Source: a virus
Lineage: Duplodnaviria > Caudoviricetes
Reading direction: 5' to 3' (one strand)
Virus record (IMG/VR): IMGVR_UViG_3300006851_000007
Location: 32,001 to 96,000 of that record
DNA length: 64,000 nucleotides
Below the pieces are notes generated by a model that saw only the letters and a program-made list of their open reading frames with translations, searched no databases and was not told the origin of the DNA. This document shows positions 40,061 to 49,443 of this stretch, one piece after another (position 1 is the first letter of the stretch; each line of letters opens with the position of its first letter). A program made the translations under genes and the position numbers.

Positions 40061-40204
40061 ATGAGCTTAGTACTAAAGGTTGCAAAACAGAATATAGACC
40101 TACAAACTAGGAAAATAGACAAAATCCTAGATATGAGTGATGAGGATAGGGTAAGGAGGGGTACCATTTCGGGCGCCGCATCGGGTGGCACTGTACCTGG
40201 TTAA
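40061..40204 (+). CDS. short (47 aa), possibly truncated member of the leader/glycine-zipper family (not in ORF track)
   Basis: MSLVLKVAKQNIDLQTRKIDKILDMSDEDRVRRGTISGAASGGTVPG*. Confidence 0.6.
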   Translation: MSLVLKVAKQNIDLQTRKIDKILDMSDEDRVRRGTISGAASGGTVPG

Positions 40205-40230
40205 TTATAGCAGGCAAAAAAGGAGAATGA

Positions 40231-40713
40231 GTGAGCCAAAGACTGTCTTATGAAATAGAAGTCCCAGAGCGAATAGTTGATCACATCCGCATATATATTG
40301 GGGATTTGCCTGAACTAAACCGTCTAATAGAAGGTACAGAGCTTAGTAATGAGCGAATCACATTGGCAGTCCAGCTGTGGATTCAATCATTTAATGCAAC
40401 ACCTCCGAAAACAATAACTAAATACAATGTTTTTAATTTCCCCGATCATTTAACTCTGTTTCACGGTGTTGTCATTGAGCTGCTAAAGATGGCTGGCATT
40501 GTCCAGACTAGAAATCACCTGAATTTCAGCGACAGTGGGGCAAGCTTTAGTGTCTCGGACAAGGGGAGTGCGTATATGGGTTGGATACAAAACTTTATGC
40601 AAACCCACCTAAATCAGGTAAGATCGCTAAAGATAGGAATCAATGCTGACGAGGGCTTCAAGCACATTGATAGCCCGGATGGCTATTGGCCATACACAGG
40701 AGAAGGGATATGA
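40231..40713 (+). CDS. probable head-tail adaptor/neck protein
   Basis: IRIYIGD..ELSNERI pattern; position between head and tail genes. Confidence 0.55.
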   Translation: MSQRLSYEIEVPERIVDHIRIYIGDLPELNRLIEGTELSNERITLAVQLWIQSFNATPPKTITKYNVFNFPDHLTLFHGVVIELLKMAGIVQTRNHLNFSDSGASFSVSDKGSAYMGWIQNFMQTHLNQVRSLKIGINADEGFKHIDSPDGYWPYTGEGI

Positions 40714-41330
40714 CTGTATTGTTTACAACAGCAAATAATGATTTTTTCATCAAGACAGCAAGAAAAAGAACCAGGAAAAGGAAACTCAGAACGCGAGGTG
40801 AAGAGTCCTGGCACCAAGCTAAGCGGCATGCAAAAATGGGGCTTGTTAGAGGAGGGCTTTTGGGGACTGTCGGTGGTGCTCTGGCTGGCGGGGTTACAGG
40901 TTCGCAGGCTGGTGTTGGTGGCGCCCTGGCTGGCGCTGCGGGGGGAGCTGCGCTCGGTGGTATGGCTGGTGCGTCCGGTGGTGCTTTAGGGGGGGGTATG
41001 CTAGGGGCGGCTGGTGGCGCCGCCAGGAGAGATGAAGGGAGAGTATTGGAAACACCATCAAGCATAATACTGGATGACGCTAAAAGGGGAGCTGTTGGGG
41101 GCAGTTTGGTGTCGGGAACATTAGGCGCCTTAGGGGGAGCTGCGGTTGGTGGGCTTGTAGGTTCGCAGGCTGGTGGTACTCCTGGCGCCATGGCTGGCAT
41201 CTTAGGGGGAGCTGCGCTCGGTGGTGTGTCTAGTGCGGCTAGTGGTGCTGTAAGCGGCGGGATCAACAGTGCTATCGATAGTTCTATATATCAGGGTGTT
41301 AAACATCTTCGATCTAAGAGAAAGCGCTGA
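40710..41330 (+). CDS. long glycine-zipper protein with leader
   Basis: MTVLF..FFIKTA, then two blocks of GxxxG repeats; duplicated DNA segments (GGTTCGCAGGCTGGTG, GGGGGAGCTGCGCTCGGTGGT). Confidence 0.7.
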   Translation: MTVLFTTANNDFFIKTARKRTRKRKLRTRGEESWHQAKRHAKMGLVRGGLLGTVGGALAGGVTGSQAGVGGALAGAAGGAALGGMAGASGGALGGGMLGAAGGAARRDEGRVLETPSSIILDDAKRGAVGGSLVSGTLGALGGAAVGGLVGSQAGGTPGAMAGILGGAALGGVSSAASGAVSGGINSAIDSSIYQGVKHLRSKRKR

Positions 41331-41333
41331 CTA

Positions 41334-42095
41334 ATGGCGGTACACGTTAGGTACATAAAGGCGATACCGTGGCCAGGTAAGGGCTGGAGGATACAGTGGT
41401 CTGTTGGCGGTCTTGAACCCACCGACGAGATCGTTCTTGAGAGATCCTCTAGCCCGGAGGGTCCGTGGGATGAGGTCGCACTTCTGCCATATAATGTGAT
41501 ATCTTTTGAGGATGAGTGGCCAACAAATAGGAGTTTTTTTAGCGAGTGGTATTACCGAATACGGGTTGGCAGCACAGAGTCTGTGCCTGTGTGCAGCAAG
41601 GAGTCGGGCAGCCTTGTAACAAACGAGATTATCAGACAGCACGAGGCTATTTTAAAGGGGATGAATGGCCGTCCCGGGTATATGTCTGCGCATTTTGCGT
41701 GCTATAAACGAACTCTACAAGGCACGAAGTGTCACTACTGTAGAGACAAAGTGACTGGCGAAATCATTATCAGCAAATGTGACGTGTGCAAGGGTGTTGG
41801 GTATATAGAGGGGTGGTCAAATCCGGTTAAATTTTACGGAAGATGGCTTACTCCTATTCACAGGGTTACCCAGCTGTCCAATTTTGAGAATGAGGAAGAA
41901 GGCAGAACTATGGCTATGGCTGCATACCCAATAATAGAACCTGGAGATGTCCTGGCTGAAAAGGGTACGGGGAAGGTGTACAGGGTCCGTCAGGTAACTT
42001 CCGTTGAGCCTAACAACATAGTGATCAGTCAAAATATCGTCTGTTCTCTCATAAATAGAGACTTTATTGAGAGCAAGCTGGAGTTTCCAGAATAA
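41334..42095 (+). CDS. probable neck/head-closure protein with FN3-like N-terminus and Zn ribbon
   Basis: WRIQWS..LERSSSPEGPW..WYYRI; CHYC..CDVCKGVG; IIEPGDVL..VYRV. Confidence 0.55.
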   Translation: MAVHVRYIKAIPWPGKGWRIQWSVGGLEPTDEIVLERSSSPEGPWDEVALLPYNVISFEDEWPTNRSFFSEWYYRIRVGSTESVPVCSKESGSLVTNEIIRQHEAILKGMNGRPGYMSAHFACYKRTLQGTKCHYCRDKVTGEIIISKCDVCKGVGYIEGWSNPVKFYGRWLTPIHRVTQLSNFENEEEGRTMAMAAYPIIEPGDVLAEKGTGKVYRVRQVTSVEPNNIVISQNIVCSLINRDFIESKLEFPE

Positions 42096-42751
42096 TGTTT
42101 GTTCTTGCACCAGAAAGTGTGGTTGTTGGATTCTTGAAGGCGTTTTTCTCCCAGGAAGAGCTGTACAGGGGGGTGAAAAACGAGTTTAGATATTCAGACA
42201 ACCAGACGATGAGTAAGCTAAATATCGTCATGTCGGAGACATTCAATGAGGGTTTAGAAAATATGGTTCCGGCCCTCATAGTAACCGAGGGTGGGTTCAG
42301 TGAAAACATCCAGGTTATGGATAACAGGGTACATAATAGCTATAGAACCTTTAGTCAGGCACACAGGGCGTCATTCTTCCATCCTATTACAATTCATTGT
42401 GTGGCTGCACGTAAAGGTGCTTCTAAAGTACTGCAGGCTGCGACCGCTCAGGCGTTCGTATTCTTCAGGAAAATAATATACGAACTTGGAGTTGATAGCA
42501 TTTCGCCCATCAATGGGATGCCTCCCCAAAGATTATCGTCTTCGGATGAAAAAATTCCCGGTCCTTACGATTGTGCGATACAATTTACAATGAAGATGGA
42601 CCAGGTTTGGCTGCTAGAGTCTGATGGCGATATTGAAGAGGCGGTAAAAATCAAAATATTGGCAGCAATCGATCGTATTGAATACGACGAATCTGGAAAT
42701 ATTATTACACCAAAAGATTTATGGTTGAAGCAAGACGTTTCAATCTTATAG
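42095..42751 (+). CDS. probable tail completion/terminator protein
   Basis: Position directly before the sheath. Confidence 0.5.
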   Translation: MFVLAPESVVVGFLKAFFSQEELYRGVKNEFRYSDNQTMSKLNIVMSETFNEGLENMVPALIVTEGGFSENIQVMDNRVHNSYRTFSQAHRASFFHPITIHCVAARKGASKVLQAATAQAFVFFRKIIYELGVDSISPINGMPPQRLSSSDEKIPGPYDCAIQFTMKMDQVWLLESDGDIEEAVKIKILAAIDRIEYDESGNIITPKDLWLKQDVSIL

Positions 42752-42761
42752 GAGATTAATA

Positions 42762-45443
42762 ATGCCTAACGAGCCTGGAGTAAGAGTACGACAAGAGGAG
42801 ATTGGTCAAGTTATCCAACCTGCAGAAGCCGAACTCCCCACCTGTATTGTAGGTAGGCTTTATCATGTTGTAAACAATGGTCTTGTTGAGGGGTCTACCT
42901 TCGACCCTCTGGAGGAGGATGATCAGGCGTTTTTGTGGCCAGAGAAAAAGATCGGAACAGTTGTTGATCTTGCAGGAACGAGAAATGGCCTCATTGACTC
43001 ACAAAGAAGAGATTTGGCTGACTTTGTCCCATCGTTCAACCTTGTCGTTGACGGTGACTACAGATTTCCAATCAATGACAAGGATGTTGTAGGACTCAAC
43101 CAAGATGGTTTTCTGATAAAACCTTCAGCAAAAGACCACTTACACAGAACCTCTGTCAATGCTTTTGTTGTTCAGGTTGATGGCCAGCCGATTGTTTACA
43201 ACCCGGATGGGGGACTGTCTGAGGTCCGTCCAGGTGATAGATTTAAGATCGGTCAGGACAGATTTACTGTCGTGTCATCCACAGACTCAAAGATGGTTGT
43301 CTCCGAGGACGTTAGCGGCAGCTCCAGTAACTTGGTTAGGTATGAATCTAGCGATACAGTCGATTTGTCTATCACCCCTTCGACTATCGATGGTCGTGTG
43401 ATCATAGAGATTTCCGGAGAATCTTTCATGTCCGCGGATGTCGAAGATCTTGTTGTCGTTGGAGTGCCTATGGGTGGCTTGACGTCCATGACGGGAACCT
43501 TGAACGGAACGATGGTGTCTGGCCTCAATTTTGGTACAGCCGTATCGTTTGAGGAGGTTCAAGATAATGTTGTTCGTGTCGTCAACGGCTCTGAAGTGTA
43601 CTTTAGCAAGGTTGTGGAGCTCGACTCTCTATCTGGAGTAGTTATGCTGGATGACCCGGTCGGCCAAGATGGTAATGTCAGTGTCACATTCATGCGCTCC
43701 CAAATAGGATACGTTGAATCTTATTCGCCCTACGAGATTGTGGCGGTCGTGCCAGAATCCTTCTCAGACTCGTTGGGGTTCGTGGAATTGTCATCCGATA
43801 GGATTTCATTTAACGTTTATCCGGAATTTGAAGTTGAGGCCAGCTACAGAGCTTTGAGGAAAGACCTTGTGAACGAGAGCTTTTCTGCGTCGTCGTTGTC
43901 CGAATTGCTGGAATCTGTAGGTCATACAAGTGTCGATTATAATGACGGGTTACTCTTTGCTGTAAATCTAGCCATCAACGCTCAACCTACAGAAGCTAAT
44001 GTGTATTTCATTCCCGTGGATGACGAGCCTGACGGACATTCTGGGCTATCCGAGAATAGAAGTATTGAAGAGGGGTATCAGCTTGCTCTGGAGGCTGCTG
44101 AATCGATCGACGTTTACAATATTGTAACTCTCGACAGAAGCCCTGCAATCTATTCCGCACTGGAGTCTCATGTCTTGAGTATGTCCACCGAGGAAGAAGG
44201 GGCGTGGAGGCGAGGCTTTATGTACGAGCCGGTCCCTTCGGGTAGATTTGAAAGCACCTCTGGGGAGGTTTCTCCAGGACGAGTTGTTGGGGGTATAGGC
44301 GGCAACGATAGTGGGAACAAAGTCATTCGGGATAAAAATATCGACTTTGTGACTGAGGCCGGGGTCAAAGAGGGTACGAAGGTTGTTATCACATTCCCGG
44401 AGCAGTTGGCTGGAGAATATCAAGCCTTAGGCACCACCACAGACAATGATCTTATTTTAGACGGAATCGATTTTGATATCTATAGAGAGTTTAACGTCCC
44501 TGTAATGGATGTTGAAACCATAGGTGGACTGCACCAGTTTTCCGGCGCAGCGACCGGACAGTTTTCTCACGTAGAGCCGGGTGACTATGTTGAAGCGGAA
44601 ATAGATAATAACGTATTCAGGATGAAAGTCACGCTTGTTAGTGGCGATGGAACCATGCTTGAGGCGCAAGATGAGGTGCCCACAGAGGTTTCCTTTCCAA
44701 GCGGAACCACAGCTTCAAATGTGTCGATAATTCGTAGCTGGGATACAGTTAGATATCATATTAGCCCGCTATCTAAGGAGGAACAGGTCGAGGAGCTCAT
44801 CAACAGAAAGTCGGTAGCCAATAGGAGGTTTACAGTTACTCTTGATTACTCTCCCACGATGGTTGTCGGCAGTGATGAAAGCGGAAATCCTGTAAGGAAA
44901 GAGCTGAATCCGTCCTTATCTCTATGCGGTATAGCAGCCAAGAGGTCGGGCCTCAGGGCATTTGATGAAGTCAGTAATCTTTTTGTCGGAGGTGGGGTTG
45001 AGGGTGTCAGCTACGGGTACGCCTACTTTAAAAGAAGTCAAATGAGAAGGCTGTCAGATGCGGGATTCACACTCCTGACGCAAAAATCGAGAGATGCTCA
45101 ACCTTATATCCGAGATATGATCACGTCCGACACCAGCAGCATTGTGACTCAGGAGGAGATCGTTACAGCCGGGGCTGACTGGCAATCGAAAAGCCTGACC
45201 AGGAGCTTCCAGTCACCTCCGGGACAAAGGTTTCAAATCATCGACGATTGGCTTATGGGACTCAGGGCTATTCAGGCTGATGCTATCCTCAAGTCCTGGG
45301 TTGGAGAGGGAAGACTCACCGATTATGAACTCGTGTCGGTTGGCAGAAATGATTTAAATAAAAGGCAGACCGATATTGTGTATATTGGATACTTCCCTGT
45401 AGCAGAAAAAGAAATTGAATTTACCATCCAAATAACGGTGTAA
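42762..45443 (+). CDS. contractile tail sheath protein
   Basis: N-terminal PGVRVRQE..PTCIVG, C-terminal sheath-like region (LSDAGFTLL..IRDMITSD..YFPVAEKEIEFTI). Confidence 0.8.
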   Translation: MPNEPGVRVRQEEIGQVIQPAEAELPTCIVGRLYHVVNNGLVEGSTFDPLEEDDQAFLWPEKKIGTVVDLAGTRNGLIDSQRRDLADFVPSFNLVVDGDYRFPINDKDVVGLNQDGFLIKPSAKDHLHRTSVNAFVVQVDGQPIVYNPDGGLSEVRPGDRFKIGQDRFTVVSSTDSKMVVSEDVSGSSSNLVRYESSDTVDLSITPSTIDGRVIIEISGESFMSADVEDLVVVGVPMGGLTSMTGTLNGTMVSGLNFGTAVSFEEVQDNVVRVVNGSEVYFSKVVELDSLSGVVMLDDPVGQDGNVSVTFMRSQIGYVESYSPYEIVAVVPESFSDSLGFVELSSDRISFNVYPEFEVEASYRALRKDLVNESFSASSLSELLESVGHTSVDYNDGLLFAVNLAINAQPTEANVYFIPVDDEPDGHSGLSENRSIEEGYQLALEAAESIDVYNIVTLDRSPAIYSALESHVLSMSTEEEGAWRRGFMYEPVPSGRFESTSGEVSPGRVVGGIGGNDSGNKVIRDKNIDFVTEAGVKEGTKVVITFPEQLAGEYQALGTTTDNDLILDGIDFDIYREFNVPVMDVETIGGLHQFSGAATGQFSHVEPGDYVEAEIDNNVFRMKVTLVSGDGTMLEAQDEVPTEVSFPSGTTASNVSIIRSWDTVRYHISPLSKEEQVEELINRKSVANRRFTVTLDYSPTMVVGSDESGNPVRKELNPSLSLCGIAAKRSGLRAFDEVSNLFVGGGVEGVSYGYAYFKRSQMRRLSDAGFTLLTQKSRDAQPYIRDMITSDTSSIVTQEEIVTAGADWQSKSLTRSFQSPPGQRFQIIDDWLMGLRAIQADAILKSWVGEGRLTDYELVSVGRNDLNKRQTDIVYIGYFPVAEKEIEFTIQITV

Positions 45444-45445
45444 TC

Positions 45446-46108
45446 ATGAGCTTCCAACAAAGAGAATATCCAAAATCAACTTTCGATAACTGGGACTTCA
45501 GAAACCATCATGTTGGTTTTGATCAGGGTGGCGCTAACACTAATGCAATTACGCCCGAAAACTTCTTCATTGCCGCGGGGCCTGCCAGACTACAGCAAGT
45601 TGGTGAGGATTTTTCCAACAAGGTGTTCCCTCTGGGTATGACTGAACAGGCTTCGGTGAACCAGCAAAAAGCCGTACAGCCCATCAGGGAAATTGGATCT
45701 AGAAGAAGTTACCACATTTCCAGCTACTCTACAGGACAAATAAGCCTGAGCAGGGTCATGTATAGCCAGGCCTCCCTCCTGAGAGTGTTAACCGTCGCCA
45801 ATGATGATTATGACGACCTAGATAGCCCAGCTGGAGCGAAGTCTCATAGGCCATTTTCTGGAGATGTAGGTGGAGATACAAGAGATCCATCCTTCTATAT
45901 CAACCTTCAGTCTACTATTTTTGATAGACCTATCGGTCTCCTTTTTTACATTTTAGACCAGAGGAACCAACCATATGGAGCCATGTATGCAGAAGATGTT
46001 ATGATTCAAACTCACGGGTTTGGTCTTTCTGCACAAGGTATTAGCATTTCGGAGCAAGTATCCCTCGTGTTCGATAGGATGGTTCCTGTTGCTGTTAGAG
46101 GTGCGTAA
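45446..46108 (+). CDS. tail tube protein
   Basis: Follows the sheath; VQPIREIGS, GQISLSRV, ISEQVSLVFDR. Confidence 0.75.
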   Translation: MSFQQREYPKSTFDNWDFRNHHVGFDQGGANTNAITPENFFIAAGPARLQQVGEDFSNKVFPLGMTEQASVNQQKAVQPIREIGSRRSYHISSYSTGQISLSRVMYSQASLLRVLTVANDDYDDLDSPAGAKSHRPFSGDVGGDTRDPSFYINLQSTIFDRPIGLLFYILDQRNQPYGAMYAEDVMIQTHGFGLSAQGISISEQVSLVFDRMVPVAVRGA

Positions 46109-46452
46109 TGTATAGCACATATCAAGCCACCCTGGATGCAGGTAGAGCAGGGAGGGTTGTCAGAGTCGAGAAGGTGATGAATCTTGATGGTAGTCAGGAT
46201 TCTGTGGTCGCTACAAGTAGGGGTAAGGCCTTCTTTGCGATAAAAGTTGAGGGTGCCAGTGTATCGTATGAAGTTAGAGAGAGGCCCTTCAGCGAGTCCA
46301 GCGAATGGGCCTACAGGGTTATCTCCAGCGGCACCATCGATGATGGAAATGTTGAGTTGTTGTCGTTTGACGACATCATCGGAAACTCGGTGGAGATTAT
46401 CATTTCTTCCGATGGTCCGTCCACAGTGCTTGTAGAAGGGGTGGCATACTGA
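46108..46452 (+). CDS. hypothetical virion protein
   Basis: Beta-rich coupled ORF in the tail operon. Confidence 0.55.
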   Translation: MYSTYQATLDAGRAGRVVRVEKVMNLDGSQDSVVATSRGKAFFAIKVEGASVSYEVRERPFSESSEWAYRVISSGTIDDGNVELLSFDDIIGNSVEIIISSDGPSTVLVEGVAY

Positions 46453-46937
46453 TGTTTAAATTCTTTCTCAACTCCGAAGGGGGTGCTCTCGCCTTTAAAA
46501 AAGAGGAAGATACTGTTAAATTTCCAGACACACCTATGGCAGTCGTAAGCTCAAATGCCATCCCCCCTCCTCCGGGTGTAGACGGGGACTCCCCTCCGGA
46601 TGTAGACAGGTTTTTGGATGTATCTTCGTTTCGGTCGGCACTTTTATGCGTTTCCACATCGAGCCCCTCCACGACCTACAGTCTCTCATATTTTATGGCC
46701 AAAAAAACGGGTGTTGCCAAAGATGTTCCCTTTATGTTCGATTTCGAGTTCGATTTGAGTGGGAATATTGCAAGGGGTATTGATGTCAGCCTTTTTGACA
46801 AAATATATGTCATGCCTGTAGAGGTGTCTGGGGGTTCTGTCACCGTTGAGGTGGGGGTCGCCCTGTGGGATGGAGAGAGGGGATCGCCACCTGAAGTTAA
46901 CATTACTGAGGTTACTATTCCTGGTGATAATCCCTGA
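46452..46937 (+). CDS. hypothetical virion protein
   Basis: Beta-rich coupled ORF. Confidence 0.55.
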   Translation: MFKFFLNSEGGALAFKKEEDTVKFPDTPMAVVSSNAIPPPPGVDGDSPPDVDRFLDVSSFRSALLCVSTSSPSTTYSLSYFMAKKTGVAKDVPFMFDFEFDLSGNIARGIDVSLFDKIYVMPVEVSGGSVTVEVGVALWDGERGSPPEVNITEVTIPGDNP

Positions 46938-46951
46938 CCTGGAGGTGTGCA

Positions 46952-47653
46952 TTGAAAAGTCTCGCTGGTTTAAGAAATGCAGTATTTAATATACTGAGAA
47001 TGATGATGGTTTATGTAGGATCATCTCCGGTTTGGAGTAGCTCCTCATACAGTTCTTCTCCACCTTGGACCACAAACAACGGTGTCGACCTAAGGGGTTC
47101 TGTCAAGACTATTGTGTCTGCCCATCTCAAGCAAAATCCCGACAAGTTTGGATTTCTATTTGTGGTGCAAGATGTTCCTCAGGGACAACCGCCAAATCAT
47201 AATGTATCCTTGACTATAAACGGGATAGAGATAACTAAGGCGTTTGATGAATTTGCAGATGTGTATGGGTTTTTACATGCCTTTAAATTAGAAATAGACA
47301 ATGATGCTACACTATCCTCCACCGTAGACTGTGTGATAGTATATACTGATGATGAAAATGAAGCTCTATATGTGTACAACAAAGATAGAAATGATCTGAA
47401 TATGTCTGTAGATTTGGACGCCAACGGGTCAGACATGCATATCCGAAAAGACTCCACAACTGCATCCATAAGGGTGTGGCTGCTGGCTGATGACAACAGG
47501 TGGGTTATGGCTAACGATGGTGAGTTTGAAGATATATCCCATTATGGGATGACAGAAAGGTTGTCCACAGCAGGGTTTCGGAAAATTTATATCCAAGTGT
47601 ATGATGCTGACGGGCATGTAGATGTTCGTGTTGGCCCTGCGTATATGTCATGA
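46952..47653 (+). CDS. hypothetical virion protein
   Basis: GGAGG RBS with TTG start; beta-rich. Confidence 0.55.
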   Translation: MKSLAGLRNAVFNILRMMMVYVGSSPVWSSSSYSSSPPWTTNNGVDLRGSVKTIVSAHLKQNPDKFGFLFVVQDVPQGQPPNHNVSLTINGIEITKAFDEFADVYGFLHAFKLEIDNDATLSSTVDCVIVYTDDENEALYVYNKDRNDLNMSVDLDANGSDMHIRKDSTTASIRVWLLADDNRWVMANDGEFEDISHYGMTERLSTAGFRKIYIQVYDADGHVDVRVGPAYMS

Positions 47654-47865
47654 GTATAACCGGAAGCTCTATATCTAAAAGAAGGCCAAAAAAGGGCCGT
47701 GTTGCGGGGTACGTATTTCCTATCCAGAGGTTTCTAAATGAAGGCAAGACAGCTTTAATGTCTCCCTGGAATGCTGGCAGAGAACGTTTTATTAGCAGAG
47801 AAGCTCCAACACCAATTTATGATATGTTGGAAATGGAGCCCGACCCCACAACTGACGATATTTAG
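47650..47865 (+). CDS. small hypothetical protein
   Basis: Coupled ORF. Confidence 0.45.
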   Translation: MSITGSSISKRRPKKGRVAGYVFPIQRFLNEGKTALMSPWNAGRERFISREAPTPIYDMLEMEPDPTTDDI

Positions 47866-47894
47866 GGTAAGCGGCAACAGCAAGAAGGTTTTCA

Positions 47895-48998
47895 ATGGCA
47901 AGATATATAACTGACTGGACATTTCAAGGTAGGCATAAATACGACGATGATGAGTATTGGGAGAGGTACATATCCAACCTAAGAGACGGCTTCAGGATAA
48001 AAACGCAGGGCTCGGACATTATTGTGAGCGATATTGGGTATTGGGATAACGGACTGACTAGCCAAAGCAACGGACATCCATATTGTTTTATTATAAAGAT
48101 TTCAAATATTGAGTTTGCGATAGTGGTTCATAGAAACAGATACGTCACAAGTTCGGGATCAAGAAGGATGGATAGACTGTTTGGCGGCGATGGCTATCTT
48201 GGTTTCTTTTGGGGTCGAGACATTTCAGGTAGCACGATCACCTCGAATAGTGAATCTGGTTTCTACATCTTTTTTAATAACTCCTCAGGGTCCTGGGTGA
48301 CACCTATGGGTTTTGATGACCCTGTCAATATGACGTACAGTAATGGAGACTTTCAACATACAGCAATCAACCCATACACACATTTTAGTGATTGGCATCC
48401 CGGTGCTCCCGGACAAAACATAAGCCCCGTCGTAATGAATGACCCAGGTTGGTCATCAAGTCTATCCAGGGTGTTTTTTATACTAAACGATACGACCGAG
48501 AGTGAGTTTGTAGCCATCTACACAACTGATCTTTCCAGGCCTTTTATTAAAAATATAGGTATCATCGGCAATATTTTTATAAATGACGACCCTTCTGACA
48601 CAAATCATGGTGGGCTATTTGTACAACAACTCGACTTCACCTATAATACCAATACCGCCCCACAGAGATATGTTGAAGCATTCGGTTTAAATGGTCAAAA
48701 TGGAAGCGAGGTGTTCAATATAACCCACAACACCAACGCCACAGTGTACAACAGTCCTAACACTGAAGGTCAATACCCATGGTGGCCGGTGGAGGTAACA
48801 TCGAGCTCATACTCAAAGGGTTGGATTAATACAGACATTCTCAGGGTTTGCGGGGCTAACGATATAACCCATTATGGGAAGCTCTTCAGCGGCCCGGATG
48901 GTCCGTTTCTAAAGTTGTCCGACTGGATGATCTACCCGTATGTACAAGACCATCCCATGTTGCCATTTCCTCCACAAGAAAGCGATATTATAAGGTGA
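47895..48998 (+). CDS. hypothetical virion protein (possible receptor-binding or appendage)
   Basis: Asn/Ser/Thr/aromatic-rich 367 aa in the tail operon. Confidence 0.5.
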   Translation: MARYITDWTFQGRHKYDDDEYWERYISNLRDGFRIKTQGSDIIVSDIGYWDNGLTSQSNGHPYCFIIKISNIEFAIVVHRNRYVTSSGSRRMDRLFGGDGYLGFFWGRDISGSTITSNSESGFYIFFNNSSGSWVTPMGFDDPVNMTYSNGDFQHTAINPYTHFSDWHPGAPGQNISPVVMNDPGWSSSLSRVFFILNDTTESEFVAIYTTDLSRPFIKNIGIIGNIFINDDPSDTNHGGLFVQQLDFTYNTNTAPQRYVEAFGLNGQNGSEVFNITHNTNATVYNSPNTEGQYPWWPVEVTSSSYSKGWINTDILRVCGANDITHYGKLFSGPDGPFLKLSDWMIYPYVQDHPMLPFPPQESDIIR

Positions 48999-49005
48999 TA
49001 CTGTC

Positions 49006-49425
49006 ATGAAGAAGTTGTTCGATAAGTGGGGTGTTCGGCACTTTAGCCCGGAGGAGGTCACTCTGCACAGACAATGGGGTAAGCACGTGCTTCCGCCAGA
49101 AAGTAAAAAAAATAACATACATAAAACCATTCTTCTCGCCGATACCATAAGAGAGGTTTGGGGTGACCCAGTCAGGTGTAACAGTGGATACAGGTCTCCT
49201 GAGTATAACAAGCTCGTGGGAGGGTCTGAAAAGAGTGAGCATGTTGAATTTAGAGCTATGGATTTATCACCCATAAACGGAGACATCAAGGGATTCTCTG
49301 AGGTTGTCAGAGCTGTAGTGGAGGGCGCTCGAACTGCCGGGTGGAATGTCGGTGTGGGGTTTTACAGTACGTTCTGCCACATTGATGTTGATGCGGAGGG
49401 TAAAAAAAAGAACAGGAGCTGGTAA
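49006..49425 (+). CDS. peptidase M15A (D-Ala-D-Ala Zn peptidase fold), endolysin candidate
   Basis: NSGYRSPEYNKLVGG..SEH..AMD..FCHID. Confidence 0.88.
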   Translation: MKKLFDKWGVRHFSPEEVTLHRQWGKHVLPPESKKNNIHKTILLADTIREVWGDPVRCNSGYRSPEYNKLVGGSEKSEHVEFRAMDLSPINGDIKGFSEVVRAVVEGARTAGWNVGVGFYSTFCHIDVDAEGKKKNRSW

Positions 49426-49437
49426 CCCCTGTTCTTT
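49407..49437. terminator. probable bidirectional terminator between convergent units
   Basis: AAAGAACAGG..CCTGTTCTTT with A/T flanks. Confidence 0.65.
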
Positions 49438-49443
49438 CTTAGC

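Noticed and set aside
40658-41266. 202-aa Pro/Ala-rich minus-strand ORF
   Set aside because: Shadow of the Gly-rich + strand gene; the same applies to most short antisense ORFs in the track
12946-41330. K-x-A lysines as acceptor sites for the phage Ubl system
   Set aside because: No direct support; the motif's position at leader ends and around the protease domain fits proteolysis better, and the two modules have different promoter classes
42762-46108. Extracellular contractile injection system or tailocin
   Set aside because: Terminase, protease, capsid and replication genes show a complete phage
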